Origin: Phycisphaeraceae bacterium | GTDB taxonomy: Bacteria; Planctomycetota; Phycisphaerae; Phycisphaerales; Phycisphaeraceae | Reading direction: 5' to 3' | Length of the DNA stretch: 64,000 nucleotides | Assembly: GCA_041736565.1 (NCBI GenBank) | Contig: JBGSTK010000147.1 | Coordinates: forward strand, 55,473 to 119,472 | Shown: positions 45,725 to 55,413 of the stretch, one piece after another | How the letters are laid out: the number at the start of each line of letters is the position of its first letter | How positions within the stretch are numbered: position 1 is the stretch's first letter | Notes under the pieces: generated by a model | Told to the model about the DNA's origin: nothing | Database searches by the model: none | What the model saw: the letters and a program-made list of their open reading frames with translations, nothing else | Translations under genes and position numbers: made by a program

Positions 45725-45794
45725 TGTAGTGACGCCGTAAGGCGTTTTCTCGATATTCAAACGCCGATCATGCCCTAACGGGCACACTACAAAC
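45725..45794 (+). repeat. Structured REP-like element (outer stem TAGTG/CACTA, two inner hairpins)
   Basis: Hairpins acgcc-gtaa-ggcgt and tgccc-taac-gggca. An inverted copy lies at 29520-29576. Confidence 0.6.
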
Positions 45795-45834
45795 GGGCCT
45801 TGCGAATCCCTCCCGCGCTCACGCTCGCGGCTCG

Positions 45835-47271
45835 TCAACAACTCTCGCGGGAGAGAGAGTCGATGCGTTCCAAACCGTGCATGTGGGGCCGCAACGCTGC
45901 GGGGATTGTCACAGAACCATCCGCGTTCTGATACAGCTCCAGAATCGGAATAAGTATCCGCGGGCTCGCAGCTACGGTGTTGTTGAGCGAGTGGCAAACC
46001 ACGGTCTTGCGCGTCTCGGGGTCACGATACCGCGTGTTGAGCCGCCGACATTGATAGTCGTAGAGCCGCGATGCCGAGTGCGTCTCGCCATAGTCGCCCC
46101 CGGGCAGTCCCGCAGCATCCATCTCACCCCGGCCGGGCATCCACGTCTCGACGTCCACCATGTCCGCATTCTTAGGCCCCAGGTCACCCGTGCAGCACTG
46201 CAACAACCGATAAGGCAGCTCGAGCTTCTGAAGCAGCGCTTCGACATACCCCAGCATCTTCTTGTGCCACGCCCTGCTTTCGTTTTCATCAGCCTTGCAG
46301 ATCACGACCTGTTCGACCTTCTCAAACTGGTGGATGCGGTAGAGCCCGGCTGTGTCCTTACCTGCTGCCCCAGCCTCGCGACGAAAACAGGTGCTCACCG
46401 TAGTGTAGCGCAGCGGTAGTTTCTCAACGTCGATAATCTCCCCCTGATGCAACGCCATCAAGCCGACTTCGCCCGTGCCGGTGAGGAACAGGTCCTGCCC
46501 GCCCTTACCCTCAGCATCGTCCGCATCGCGGCGCTGACTCTCGGGGATGTGGTAGGCCTGCTCACGCCCGCCCGGAAAAAAGCCCGTGCCCACCATCATC
46601 TCCTCGCGGACCAGCACGGGGACGTAGGCTGCGGTGAAGCCGTTGTCGTGGACCATAAAATCAAAGGCGAAGCGCAGCACCGCCTGCTGCAGCGCCATGC
46701 CCAGGCCGGTCAGCACATAGCTGCGCGACCCCGCCATTTTCACGCCACGCTCAAAATCGAAAAGCCCCAACGCCTTGCCCAGTTCCAAGTGGGTTTTGGG
46801 CTTAAAACCCTTGTTGGCCTCGAAGCTCTTGGAGGGATCAAACCAGGTCGGGCTCCACCTGCGGAGTTCGACGTTGTCCGCTGCACTGCGTCCAACAGGC
46901 ACCTCAACATCAGCCGGCTGCGGCACCGCCAACCACAACGCCTGCCGCTGTGCTTCGAGTGTGCGCACCTGCTGCGCTAGCGCTGCCTCACGCTCCTTGA
47001 TGGCGGTGGGTCGGGCCTGCAGTTGCTTCATCGCCTCCTGCATCGCCTCGCGCTGGTCAGGCGTCGCTTTCTTAAGCTGACCAGCAAGCTGGCCAATCTC
47101 CTTGCCAATGCGATTCTTCTCAGCGGTCAGTTCCTGCAACTCGGTCTGAGCCGCGCGAAGCAAGGTGTCAGCTTCGAGGAGTCGATCAATAGCCGCAGCA
47201 TCGCCGCCCTTATCAATCATGCCCTTGCGGTACCGGTCGGGCATCTCACGCAGGTGGTTAAGGTCAATCAT
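45835..47271 (-). CDS. serS: Seryl-tRNA synthetase
   Basis: MIDLNHLREMPDRYRKGM..., a coiled-coil N-terminal arm and the class II core (FRREAGAAGKDTAGLYRIHQFEKVE, LNNTVAASPRILIPILE). Confidence 0.92.
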   Translation of the reverse strand: MIDLNHLREMPDRYRKGMIDKGGDAAAIDRLLEADTLLRAAQTELQELTAEKNRIGKEIGQLAGQLKKATPDQREAMQEAMKQLQARPTAIKEREAALAQQVRTLEAQRQALWLAVPQPADVEVPVGRSAADNVELRRWSPTWFDPSKSFEANKGFKPKTHLELGKALGLFDFERGVKMAGSRSYVLTGLGMALQQAVLRFAFDFMVHDNGFTAAYVPVLVREEMMVGTGFFPGGREQAYHIPESQRRDADDAEGKGGQDLFLTGTGEVGLMALHQGEIIDVEKLPLRYTTVSTCFRREAGAAGKDTAGLYRIHQFEKVEQVVICKADENESRAWHKKMLGYVEALLQKLELPYRLLQCCTGDLGPKNADMVDVETWMPGRGEMDAAGLPGGDYGETHSASRLYDYQCRRLNTRYRDPETRKTVVCHSLNNTVAASPRILIPILELYQNADGSVTIPAALRPHMHGLERIDSLSRESC

Positions 47272-47386
47272 GCCCGCCATTACACCAGCGAGAGCGGTTG
47301 TGAGCAAGATGAGACGTTGATCTGCGTGTGATCATGGGTCTGCCCATCTTTCGGGGCCACCGCGCGAGCGGGCGAGCGATTGGGGC

Positions 47387-47413
47387 GAGCCGGACGCGTT
47401 AGCGACGGGGTTC
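47387..47413 (+). repeat. Short dispersed repeat gagccggacgcgtYagcgacggggttc, copy 1
   Basis: Matches 58377-58403 at 26 of 27 positions. Confidence 0.6.
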
Positions 47414-47711
47414 GGGTGGGCGCTGAAGTAACTTGTACGTCCGTTCTTCGCCGACCTCATCGACGAGTGGCTCCCGTAGAAATTGCTTAACCATCCGTTT
47501 GACCTCGCCCCAGGAATGGGCATAATGTTCCTTTCCCGAGCGAGGTACCGGCGTTACATGCACAAAACGCCAGGCGTGGGTCGGCGGGAGCCTTTGGCCT
47601 CATGTGACTCCGAAGGACAGCACTCCACGCCTGTCCCTGCGGGTCAACTGAGGCTGATTTTGTTTTCACCTCACGTCCGCCAACCACTTGCACACACCAC
47701 GGAGCCCGACC

Positions 47712-49196
47712 ATGGCCGATCAGGAACTCGAAACCACCCACGACCATAGCCACGATCACAGCCACAGCCACGACCATGGCCACACCCACGATCACGATGC
47801 GGAAGCGACGGCTGAGACGCCCAAGGAGCGGCCGCCGCAGACTGTGACGGTCACCGATGTCGGACCCGCCCGCAAGAGCCTGACCATCGAGCTGCCGCCC
47901 GAGCGAATCGCCAAAGCGATCGAAGACAGCTTCGGCAAGCTCAGCACCGAAGCCCAGATACCGGGCTTCCGTCGCGGTCGGGCGCCTCGTCGGCTCATCG
48001 AGAGGCGATTTGGGCAGGCCATGCGCGACGATGTCAAGAGCCAGTTGCTCGCCGAGTCGTACCACCAGGCCATCGAGGATCAGAAGCTCGATGTGCTGGG
48101 CGAGCCTGATGTTAAGGATGGCGACAAGATCACGCTGCCCGACAGCGGGTCGTTGACCTACACCGTCGAGGTGGAAGTGACGCCCGAGGTGACCCTGCCC
48201 GCGTTTAGCGATCTGCAGATCAAGAAGCCCAAGGTCGAGGTCACAGCGGACAAGGCCCAGGAAGAGATCGACAAGCTGCAGACGCGCTTCGGCAAGCTCT
48301 CGGCTCAGGCGGAGGGTGCGGGGCTGGAGCCGGGCGACTATTTGTCGGCTGATGTGAAGATTTTGGCGGGCGAAAATGCCGGGGACGACGCCACGGTCAT
48401 CAGCCATCTGCCTGAGACTTACGTGCTCATCAACGGCGAAGCAGCCCAGTTCAAGGGCCACGTCGCAGGCATCGTCGTGGGCGACCTCGGTAAGCGATTG
48501 GCGGGTAAGAAGATCGGCCACGTCGAGCGCGTCAGCATGACCGGCCCGACCGGCCACGAAGACGAGGCCATCAAGGACAAGCCCATCACCATCGTCATCG
48601 AAGCCCGCAAAATCGAGCGCGTTGAGAAGGCTCCCCTCGAGGAACTGCCCGCGCACCTGGGCGTCGAGAACGTCGAAGCCCTGCGAACCCGGCTTGATGA
48701 GATGCTCAAAGCCCAGGCGGAGCGGACGCAGGTTAACGCGATGAATGAGCAGATCACAGCTCAACTTATGGAAAAAGTGACGCTGGATCTGCCCGTCAAC
48801 CTGAGTCGTCGCCAGACGTATCGCCTGCTGCAACGCCAGGCTATGGAAATGGCCTACCAAGGCGTGCCCGAGCAGGAGATTCAGCAGCGGGTGGCGGAAC
48901 TGCGTGACAACAGCGAAAAGGAAGCGGCCCGGCAGCTCAAGCTGTTCTTCATCCTCAACAAGGCTGCCCAGGACCTTGAGATCGAAGTCGCTGAAAATGA
49001 AGTCAACGCAACGATTTACAGCATCGCCATGCAGCAGGGCCGACGGCCGGAGAAGCTGCGGCAGGAGATGCAGCGAAACGGCCAAATCGAGCAGGTTTAC
49101 CTGCAGGTACGTGATACCAAGACGCTGGCCAAGATTCGCGAGCAGGCCAAGGTCGAGGAAGTTGACAAGCTGCCCGAAGCTGCGCCCAAGGCGTGA
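47712..49196 (+). CDS. tig: Trigger factor with a His/Asp-rich N-terminal extension
   Basis: Ribosome-binding signature IPGFRRGRAPRRLIERRFG and trigger-factor domain order. N-terminus MADQELETTHDHSHDHSHSHDHGHTHDHD. Confidence 0.85.
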   Translation: MADQELETTHDHSHDHSHSHDHGHTHDHDAEATAETPKERPPQTVTVTDVGPARKSLTIELPPERIAKAIEDSFGKLSTEAQIPGFRRGRAPRRLIERRFGQAMRDDVKSQLLAESYHQAIEDQKLDVLGEPDVKDGDKITLPDSGSLTYTVEVEVTPEVTLPAFSDLQIKKPKVEVTADKAQEEIDKLQTRFGKLSAQAEGAGLEPGDYLSADVKILAGENAGDDATVISHLPETYVLINGEAAQFKGHVAGIVVGDLGKRLAGKKIGHVERVSMTGPTGHEDEAIKDKPITIVIEARKIERVEKAPLEELPAHLGVENVEALRTRLDEMLKAQAERTQVNAMNEQITAQLMEKVTLDLPVNLSRRQTYRLLQRQAMEMAYQGVPEQEIQQRVAELRDNSEKEAARQLKLFFILNKAAQDLEIEVAENEVNATIYSIAMQQGRRPEKLRQEMQRNGQIEQVYLQVRDTKTLAKIREQAKVEEVDKLPEAAPKA

Positions 49197-49304
49197 ATCC
49201 TGGCGGTCAAGTGACTTGCGAGAGACGCCGCCCGGGGGCTCTGCCGACGCCCGTCGAACTGGCATCGGCGGGCAGGGCGACCGGCGGCAAAGTGAAGGTG
49301 AGGC

Positions 49305-49784
49305 ATGATCATCGCTCAGAACGATGTCGTGGCCAACACGCGCGATATCTACAGTTTGCTGTTGATCCTCATCGTCGTGGCGGCGGCTATAGGTCTATTC
49401 GGGTTCTGGCTTTATCGCCGCCTGACACGACCCCTAACCGAGGACGAGCCCGAGGCGGGTTTCACCCTCAGCGACCTTCGCCGGTTGCACAAGGAAGGGC
49501 AGATCAGCGATGAGGAGTTCGCCCGCGCCCGGGGTCGGCTCATCGCCGGGGTCAAGCTCGATGCTGCGGACGGGGGGGTTGATGCGGGGGTGAAGCTTGG
49601 TGTTGTGGAGGTTGACGCCACCAACATTTCACCCGAAAACGACGATTTTGGCGGTCTCAACTCCCCCATCCATCCCCCCGACCCCCCCCTCAACCCCCCC
49701 TCTACCCCCCCCCAACCACCCTCAACCACCCCCCTACCTCGCGTGCCTCCACCGGACGAAAATCCGCCCCGACCCGAGGTGTAG
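49305..49784 (+). CDS. Single-pass membrane protein with a SHOCT-like motif and a Pro-rich tail
   Basis: TM segment IYSLLLILIVVAAAIGLFGFWLY. LSDLRRLHKEGQISDEEFARARGRLI resembles a SHOCT motif. Confidence 0.6.
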   Translation: MIIAQNDVVANTRDIYSLLLILIVVAAAIGLFGFWLYRRLTRPLTEDEPEAGFTLSDLRRLHKEGQISDEEFARARGRLIAGVKLDAADGGVDAGVKLGVVEVDATNISPENDDFGGLNSPIHPPDPPLNPPSTPPQPPSTTPLPRVPPPDENPPRPEV

Positions 49785-49850
49785 CGCCACCTGCGCGAGC
49801 CACCCGCTCACTCACGTTCGGGGCTATTCAAGCATCGATCATCACCCCAC

Positions 49851-50873
49851 TCAACCCATCGCCATCGTGGACTTGTGCGCGGTGTGATCCGTCGGCTTGC
49901 GGAACTGCGAGAGGTCGAGGCTGCGGAAGTATTCGATGGTCTTGGTTAGACCTTGCCGCAGGTCCACCGTCGGCGACCAGCCGAGGCGCGCCTTGGCCAG
50001 CGTGATATCAGGCCGACGCTGCGACGGGTCATCGGCGGGCAGCGGCATGTAATGCAACTTGCTCGATGAGCCCGTCAACTCAATGATCAACTCCGCCAAC
50101 TGCTTGATCGTGAACTCACCAGGATTCCCAAGGTTCACCGGGCCGACCCAGCGCTTGCCTTGCGCATCGACATCAGGCGAGTTCATCATGCGGATGATGC
50201 CTTCCACCAGATCATCGACGTAGCAGAATGATCGCGTCTGCTGACCTTCGCCGTAGATGGTGATGTCCTGATTCGCCAATGCCTGGATGATGAAGTTCGA
50301 CACCACGCGGCCGTCGAAGGGGTGCATGCGTGGGCCGTAGGTATTGAAGATTCGCACCACGCGGATGTTGACGCCGTTGGCGCGGTGGTAATCGAAGAAG
50401 AGCGTTTCGGCGGCTCGTTTGCCTTCGTCGTAACAGGCACGCACACCGATGGGGTTGACGTTGCCACGATAGCTTTCGGGCTGCGGATGAATCTCCGGCT
50501 CACCATAGACTTCACTCGTCGAAGCCTGCAGCACTTTGGCGCGGCAGCGCTTGGCCATGCCCAACACATTGATCGCACCCATCACGCTGACCTTCATGGT
50601 CTTAATGGGGTTGTACTGGTAATGCACCGGCGAGGCGGGGCAGGCCATGTTGTAAATCTCATCGACCTCCAGCCAGATCGGATGCGTCACATCGTGGCGC
50701 ACGAGTTCGAAGTTGGGGCGGCCCAGCAGGTGCGCGATGTTCTGCTTCTGGCTGGTGAAGAAATTATCCAGGCAGATGACATCGTGGTCCTGCGCCACGA
50801 GACGATCGCAGAGGTGCGAGCCCAGGAACCCGGCCCCGCCGGTGATGAGAATGCGTTTGAGTGATTTGGACAT
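49851..50873 (-). CDS. UDP-glucuronate decarboxylase (UDP-xylose synthase), extended SDR
   Basis: [35 protein letters not shown] and [13 protein letters not shown] at 50873. Confidence 0.9.
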   Translation of the reverse strand: MSKSLKRILITGGAGFLGSHLCDRLVAQDHDVICLDNFFTSQKQNIAHLLGRPNFELVRHDVTHPIWLEVDEIYNMACPASPVHYQYNPIKTMKVSVMGAINVLGMAKRCRAKVLQASTSEVYGEPEIHPQPESYRGNVNPIGVRACYDEGKRAAETLFFDYHRANGVNIRVVRIFNTYGPRMHPFDGRVVSNFIIQALANQDITIYGEGQQTRSFCYVDDLVEGIIRMMNSPDVDAQGKRWVGPVNLGNPGEFTIKQLAELIIELTGSSSKLHYMPLPADDPSQRRPDITLAKARLGWSPTVDLRQGLTKTIEYFRSLDLSQFRKPTDHTAHKSTMAMG

Positions 50874-50941
50874 GGGCGGAGTAAGCCTTGTTTGGTTGAG
50901 TGAAGGTTGGCGATGACCCGCGCCCGTGATCGGAGGCTGGT

Positions 50942-51361
50942 TCAATGAACAACCGTAGGCGTCCAGGTGGCGCCACGTTCGAGATCGAAGCTAACAAGTT
51001 GATCGACCGCAAAGTCGCTCGCCTTTTGTCGGGCATCGCTGAGCGTGACGGTTACCGGAGCAGCGCCGCAGTGGACCGTCAGCGTGTTGGCGGCGGAGTC
51101 GGTGGCGACGATCCAGCCCTGGAGTCGGCGTGGGCGGCCGTAAACTGGCTCGATGTACCGGCCACCTGCGGGTACTACATCCACTCGCCGCGCCACGCCT
51201 TGGATGGTGCCGCTGACGCGGTCGCCGGGCTTGCCGACGTTGGCTGCTGGGTCGCTGACCAGATGCAGCCGATAATCCGAATGGGGTACTGCGAGGATGA
51301 TGGTGCCCTGACCGACCTCGTGGAGCGTGCCGTGGGCATGGATGGTTGTCGCTTGGGTCAT
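50942..51361 (-). CDS. Hypothetical protein
   Basis: 139-aa ORF with protein-like composition. No family recognised. Confidence 0.5.
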   Translation of the reverse strand: MTQATTIHAHGTLHEVGQGTIILAVPHSDYRLHLVSDPAANVGKPGDRVSGTIQGVARRVDVVPAGGRYIEPVYGRPRRLQGWIVATDSAANTLTVHCGAAPVTVTLSDARQKASDFAVDQLVSFDLERGATWTPTVVH

Positions 51362-51441
51362 GGTCGTTGTCCTGAGGGATTGCGTTTGGACAAGCCCGGC
51401 GGTTTAACCCGGGATCGATCCCTTGTCATAAGATAGCAGGC

Positions 51442-52044
51442 GTGGCGGGCGTGCCACCACTCCGCCGCCGCGGTCGTCCCCGCCGGGCGACCCGCCCTGC
51501 CTGCCCGAAGCCCACTGCTGGATACACCGTGGATGCAGCCCTGTCCATCAACACGCACTATTGCACCGACGAGTTGCGCGTCGACTATGCCCACGTGGGG
51601 CTGCTGGATGTGACGGACATGCGGCTGTGGATCGCCCGTCGTCGCCGCCTCTCGACCCCCGCCATTCGACTCTCGCACGCCCGCCTGCTCACCGGCGGAT
51701 CGCAGGACTCATCGACCGCTGACAAAGACAAGTTCATCTGCTTCTGGTTCCACACGCCCAACACGGGCGAGGGCTACGTGCATGGCTACCCCATCGAATG
51801 GGAGGAAGGCCACCTGCTCATCCGCCTGGACCCCAACTGGAACTACCAGACGCGACAATTCATCCCATCCATCGAAACCGCCAAGGTTGAGCACAATATC
51901 GAGCAGCAGTTCAAATGGGGTCGGCGAATCTTCGAAGCCTACGCCTCCCGCCGCCCACCGTTTCCCATCAGCTACCACATGATCGGCCCGCGTGCAGCGG
52001 ATTCGATGTTCTATGTGCAGCGCATCGAGGCGTCGCCGCATTGA
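51442..52044 (+). CDS. Hypothetical protein, start uncertain
   Basis: The C-terminal two-thirds looks coding (FICFWFHTPNTGEGYVHGYPIEWEEGHLLIRLDPNWNYQ). The N-terminal Arg-rich part may not be translated. Confidence 0.45.
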   Translation: MAGVPPLRRRGRPRRATRPACPKPTAGYTVDAALSINTHYCTDELRVDYAHVGLLDVTDMRLWIARRRRLSTPAIRLSHARLLTGGSQDSSTADKDKFICFWFHTPNTGEGYVHGYPIEWEEGHLLIRLDPNWNYQTRQFIPSIETAKVEHNIEQQFKWGRRIFEAYASRRPPFPISYHMIGPRAADSMFYVQRIEASPH

Positions 52045-52238
52045 GCTGACTAAGGGGGTTGCTTTGGGCAAAGGTGCTGCCGAAGGAGGTGTGGCCGACG
52101 GTAGAGTGAGTTTGGTACAATGTGACAGCGCACCTTGAATGAACAGCACTCCGGTTCAGACAGTAGCAGACAGCCTGCATTCCCCGGATCAGTCCGTTTG
52201 TAGGTTCATTGTTATCCCCTAACTCCGGGAGATTTCCA

Positions 52239-52394
52239 GTGATCAAGTGGTTCCTTTTCGTTCTCGCATTGATCGCATCATTGATATCTATCGCCCCGGA
52301 CGCCAACAGCGCTGGCGGATCTGCTGCCGGCCTTTGGATCGGCTTCGCTCTTCTTCACGTCGAAGACAAGCGATCTAAGAGGCCTCACGGGTGA
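52239..52394 (+). CDS. Small two-helix membrane protein (candidate cassette ORF)
   Basis: A GTG start gives VIKWFLFVLALIASLISIAPD...GLWIGFALLHV. Short, so low confidence. Confidence 0.3.
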   Translation: MIKWFLFVLALIASLISIAPDANSAGGSAAGLWIGFALLHVEDKRSKRPHG

Positions 52395-52470
52395 GTAATC
52401 GATATCCATGCGTTGTCGGTTGACCTGCTACGAACGCGGGCGGTCGACTGGTAAGCCCTTTACGTTAGGG
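52395..52470 (+). repeat. attC-like repeat, family A homologue
   Basis: gcgttgtcggttgacctgctacgaacgcgggcggtcgactggtaagccctttacGTTAGGGG aligns with gtgttgtcggttggtagcctgc...gcgggcggccggcatctgagccttttgcGTTAGGGG of the main array. Confidence 0.5.
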
Positions 52471-52476
52471 GTCACT

Positions 52477-52740
52477 GTGCTCAACCCACGCAGCCTGATC
52501 TTTATCATTCCAGCCACTTTGATATCGCTTCGCTTCGCAAATCTGATCGACGGGGGTCCCTTCGCGTTGCATTTTACGGTGGACAGAGACCTTGTCGCCT
52601 ACCATCCGCGAACTCTGGCGTGGAACCGCATCGGTCATGAGCCTCTCACTTGTACCAAGTGTGGCTACGATCTCCGCGGTTCGCTCGACAGTGCCACCTG
52701 CCCTGAATGTGGTGAAGCGTTTGATTGGCTCGACGATTAA
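52477..52740 (+). CDS. Small protein with a C-terminal zinc ribbon (CxxCGYDLRG...CPECG)
   Basis: The GTG at 52477 lies 6 nt after GTTAGGG. One TM-like segment. Contains CTKCGYDLRGSLDSATCPECGEAF. Confidence 0.45.
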   Translation: MLNPRSLIFIIPATLISLRFANLIDGGPFALHFTVDRDLVAYHPRTLAWNRIGHEPLTCTKCGYDLRGSLDSATCPECGEAFDWLDD

Positions 52741-52930
52741 GGCAACGGTGCAAGCCTGGGGATGGCAACAGACTTGGGAGGGCGACGCTCCGCGGAGCCG
52801 GGACGCGGGGAGGTGCCAACGTTGGGCAGTGGCCTTCGCGGCTCGAAAGAACCTCGCCCTCCTGGATTATTGGTTTAAGCGAATTTTGCCGTGGGATGCT
52901 TTTGCCCAGCTCTGGCCTTTGCGTTGGGTA

Positions 52931-53019
52931 GACACGGCGACGGTCACGATGGATAATCAGCCTTCCGGTTGGGAGCCTGCTTCCGCGGGCGGCCGGCGAA
53001 TGAGCCCTTTACGTCAGGC
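52931..53019 (+). repeat. attC-like repeat, family A homologue with a degenerate core (GTCAGGC)
   Basis: gacacggcgacggtcacgatggataatcagccttccggttgggagcctgcttccgcgggcggccggcgaatgagccctttacGTCAGGC aligns along its whole length with repeat A1 read on the minus strand. Confidence 0.5.
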
Positions 53020-53025
53020 CAACAC

Positions 53026-53403
53026 ATGAACTGTCCAAAATGTCATAACGCAACGCACGCTGTATCCGTCGGCGAGTTCACGGTGGATCGGTGCGGCACC
53101 TGTGAAGGCATCTGGTTCGATCTTCGCGAACATGATCACCTCGTTAAGGTCTCCGGGAGCGAGGCAGTAATCGATACCGGGGACCCGGAGCGCGGAAGCC
53201 GAACCAATTTGATTCGTGACATTATCTGCCCGCGGTGCAATGTAAAACTCGTGAAGCTGACGTTCCCGGACCAGCCGCACATCAAGTACGAGCAGTGCTC
53301 CACGTGCGGCGGTGTGTTTCTCGACGCTGGCGAGTTCACCGACCTTAAAAAGTTCACGCTTGCCGAACGCTTAAAGCACCTGTTCGCAACATTCCATCGA
53401 TAG
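53026..53403 (+). CDS. Double zinc-ribbon protein (zf-TFIIB-like)
   Basis: MNCPKCH...VDRCGTCEGIWFD and ICPRCN...YEQCSTCGGVFLDAGEF: two CxxC...CxxCxGxWxD modules. The ATG lies 6 nt after the repeat. Confidence 0.7.
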   Translation: MNCPKCHNATHAVSVGEFTVDRCGTCEGIWFDLREHDHLVKVSGSEAVIDTGDPERGSRTNLIRDIICPRCNVKLVKLTFPDQPHIKYEQCSTCGGVFLDAGEFTDLKKFTLAERLKHLFATFHR

Positions 53404-53472
53404 ACTTCGCGGCTCGGTAGAACATCGCCCTCCCGGGTTCGTGGTTCGTCGTCGTTCGCGGCGCGTCGCCGC

Positions 53473-55311
<1,839 letters not shown>

Positions 55312-55413
55312 TCGTTACCTCGTGGATAAAACGTTGCGTGTCGTGGGGGTCGTGGGGGTTGCGTGGTCGTGGTCGTTATTTCGTGTTGCTTCGCTGCGTT
55401 TGTCGTCGTGCTG

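Larger units (their letters stand above)
52100..53440 (+). mobile_element. Possible second cassette mini-array (about 3 small plus-strand ORFs with family-A attC-like repeats)
   Basis: Two clear homologues of the family-A repeat (52395-52470 and 52931-53019) each end 6-7 nt before an ORF start. Local GC is lower. A GTTATCC CCTAAC junction lies at 52211-52223. Confidence 0.3.

Noticed and set aside
47487-49265. 592-aa minus-strand ORF covering the tig locus
   Set aside because: It is antisense to a well-supported trigger factor gene. Its composition is Leu/Arg/Gly/Asp-rich with no recognisable motifs, which is typical of shadow ORFs in high-GC DNA.
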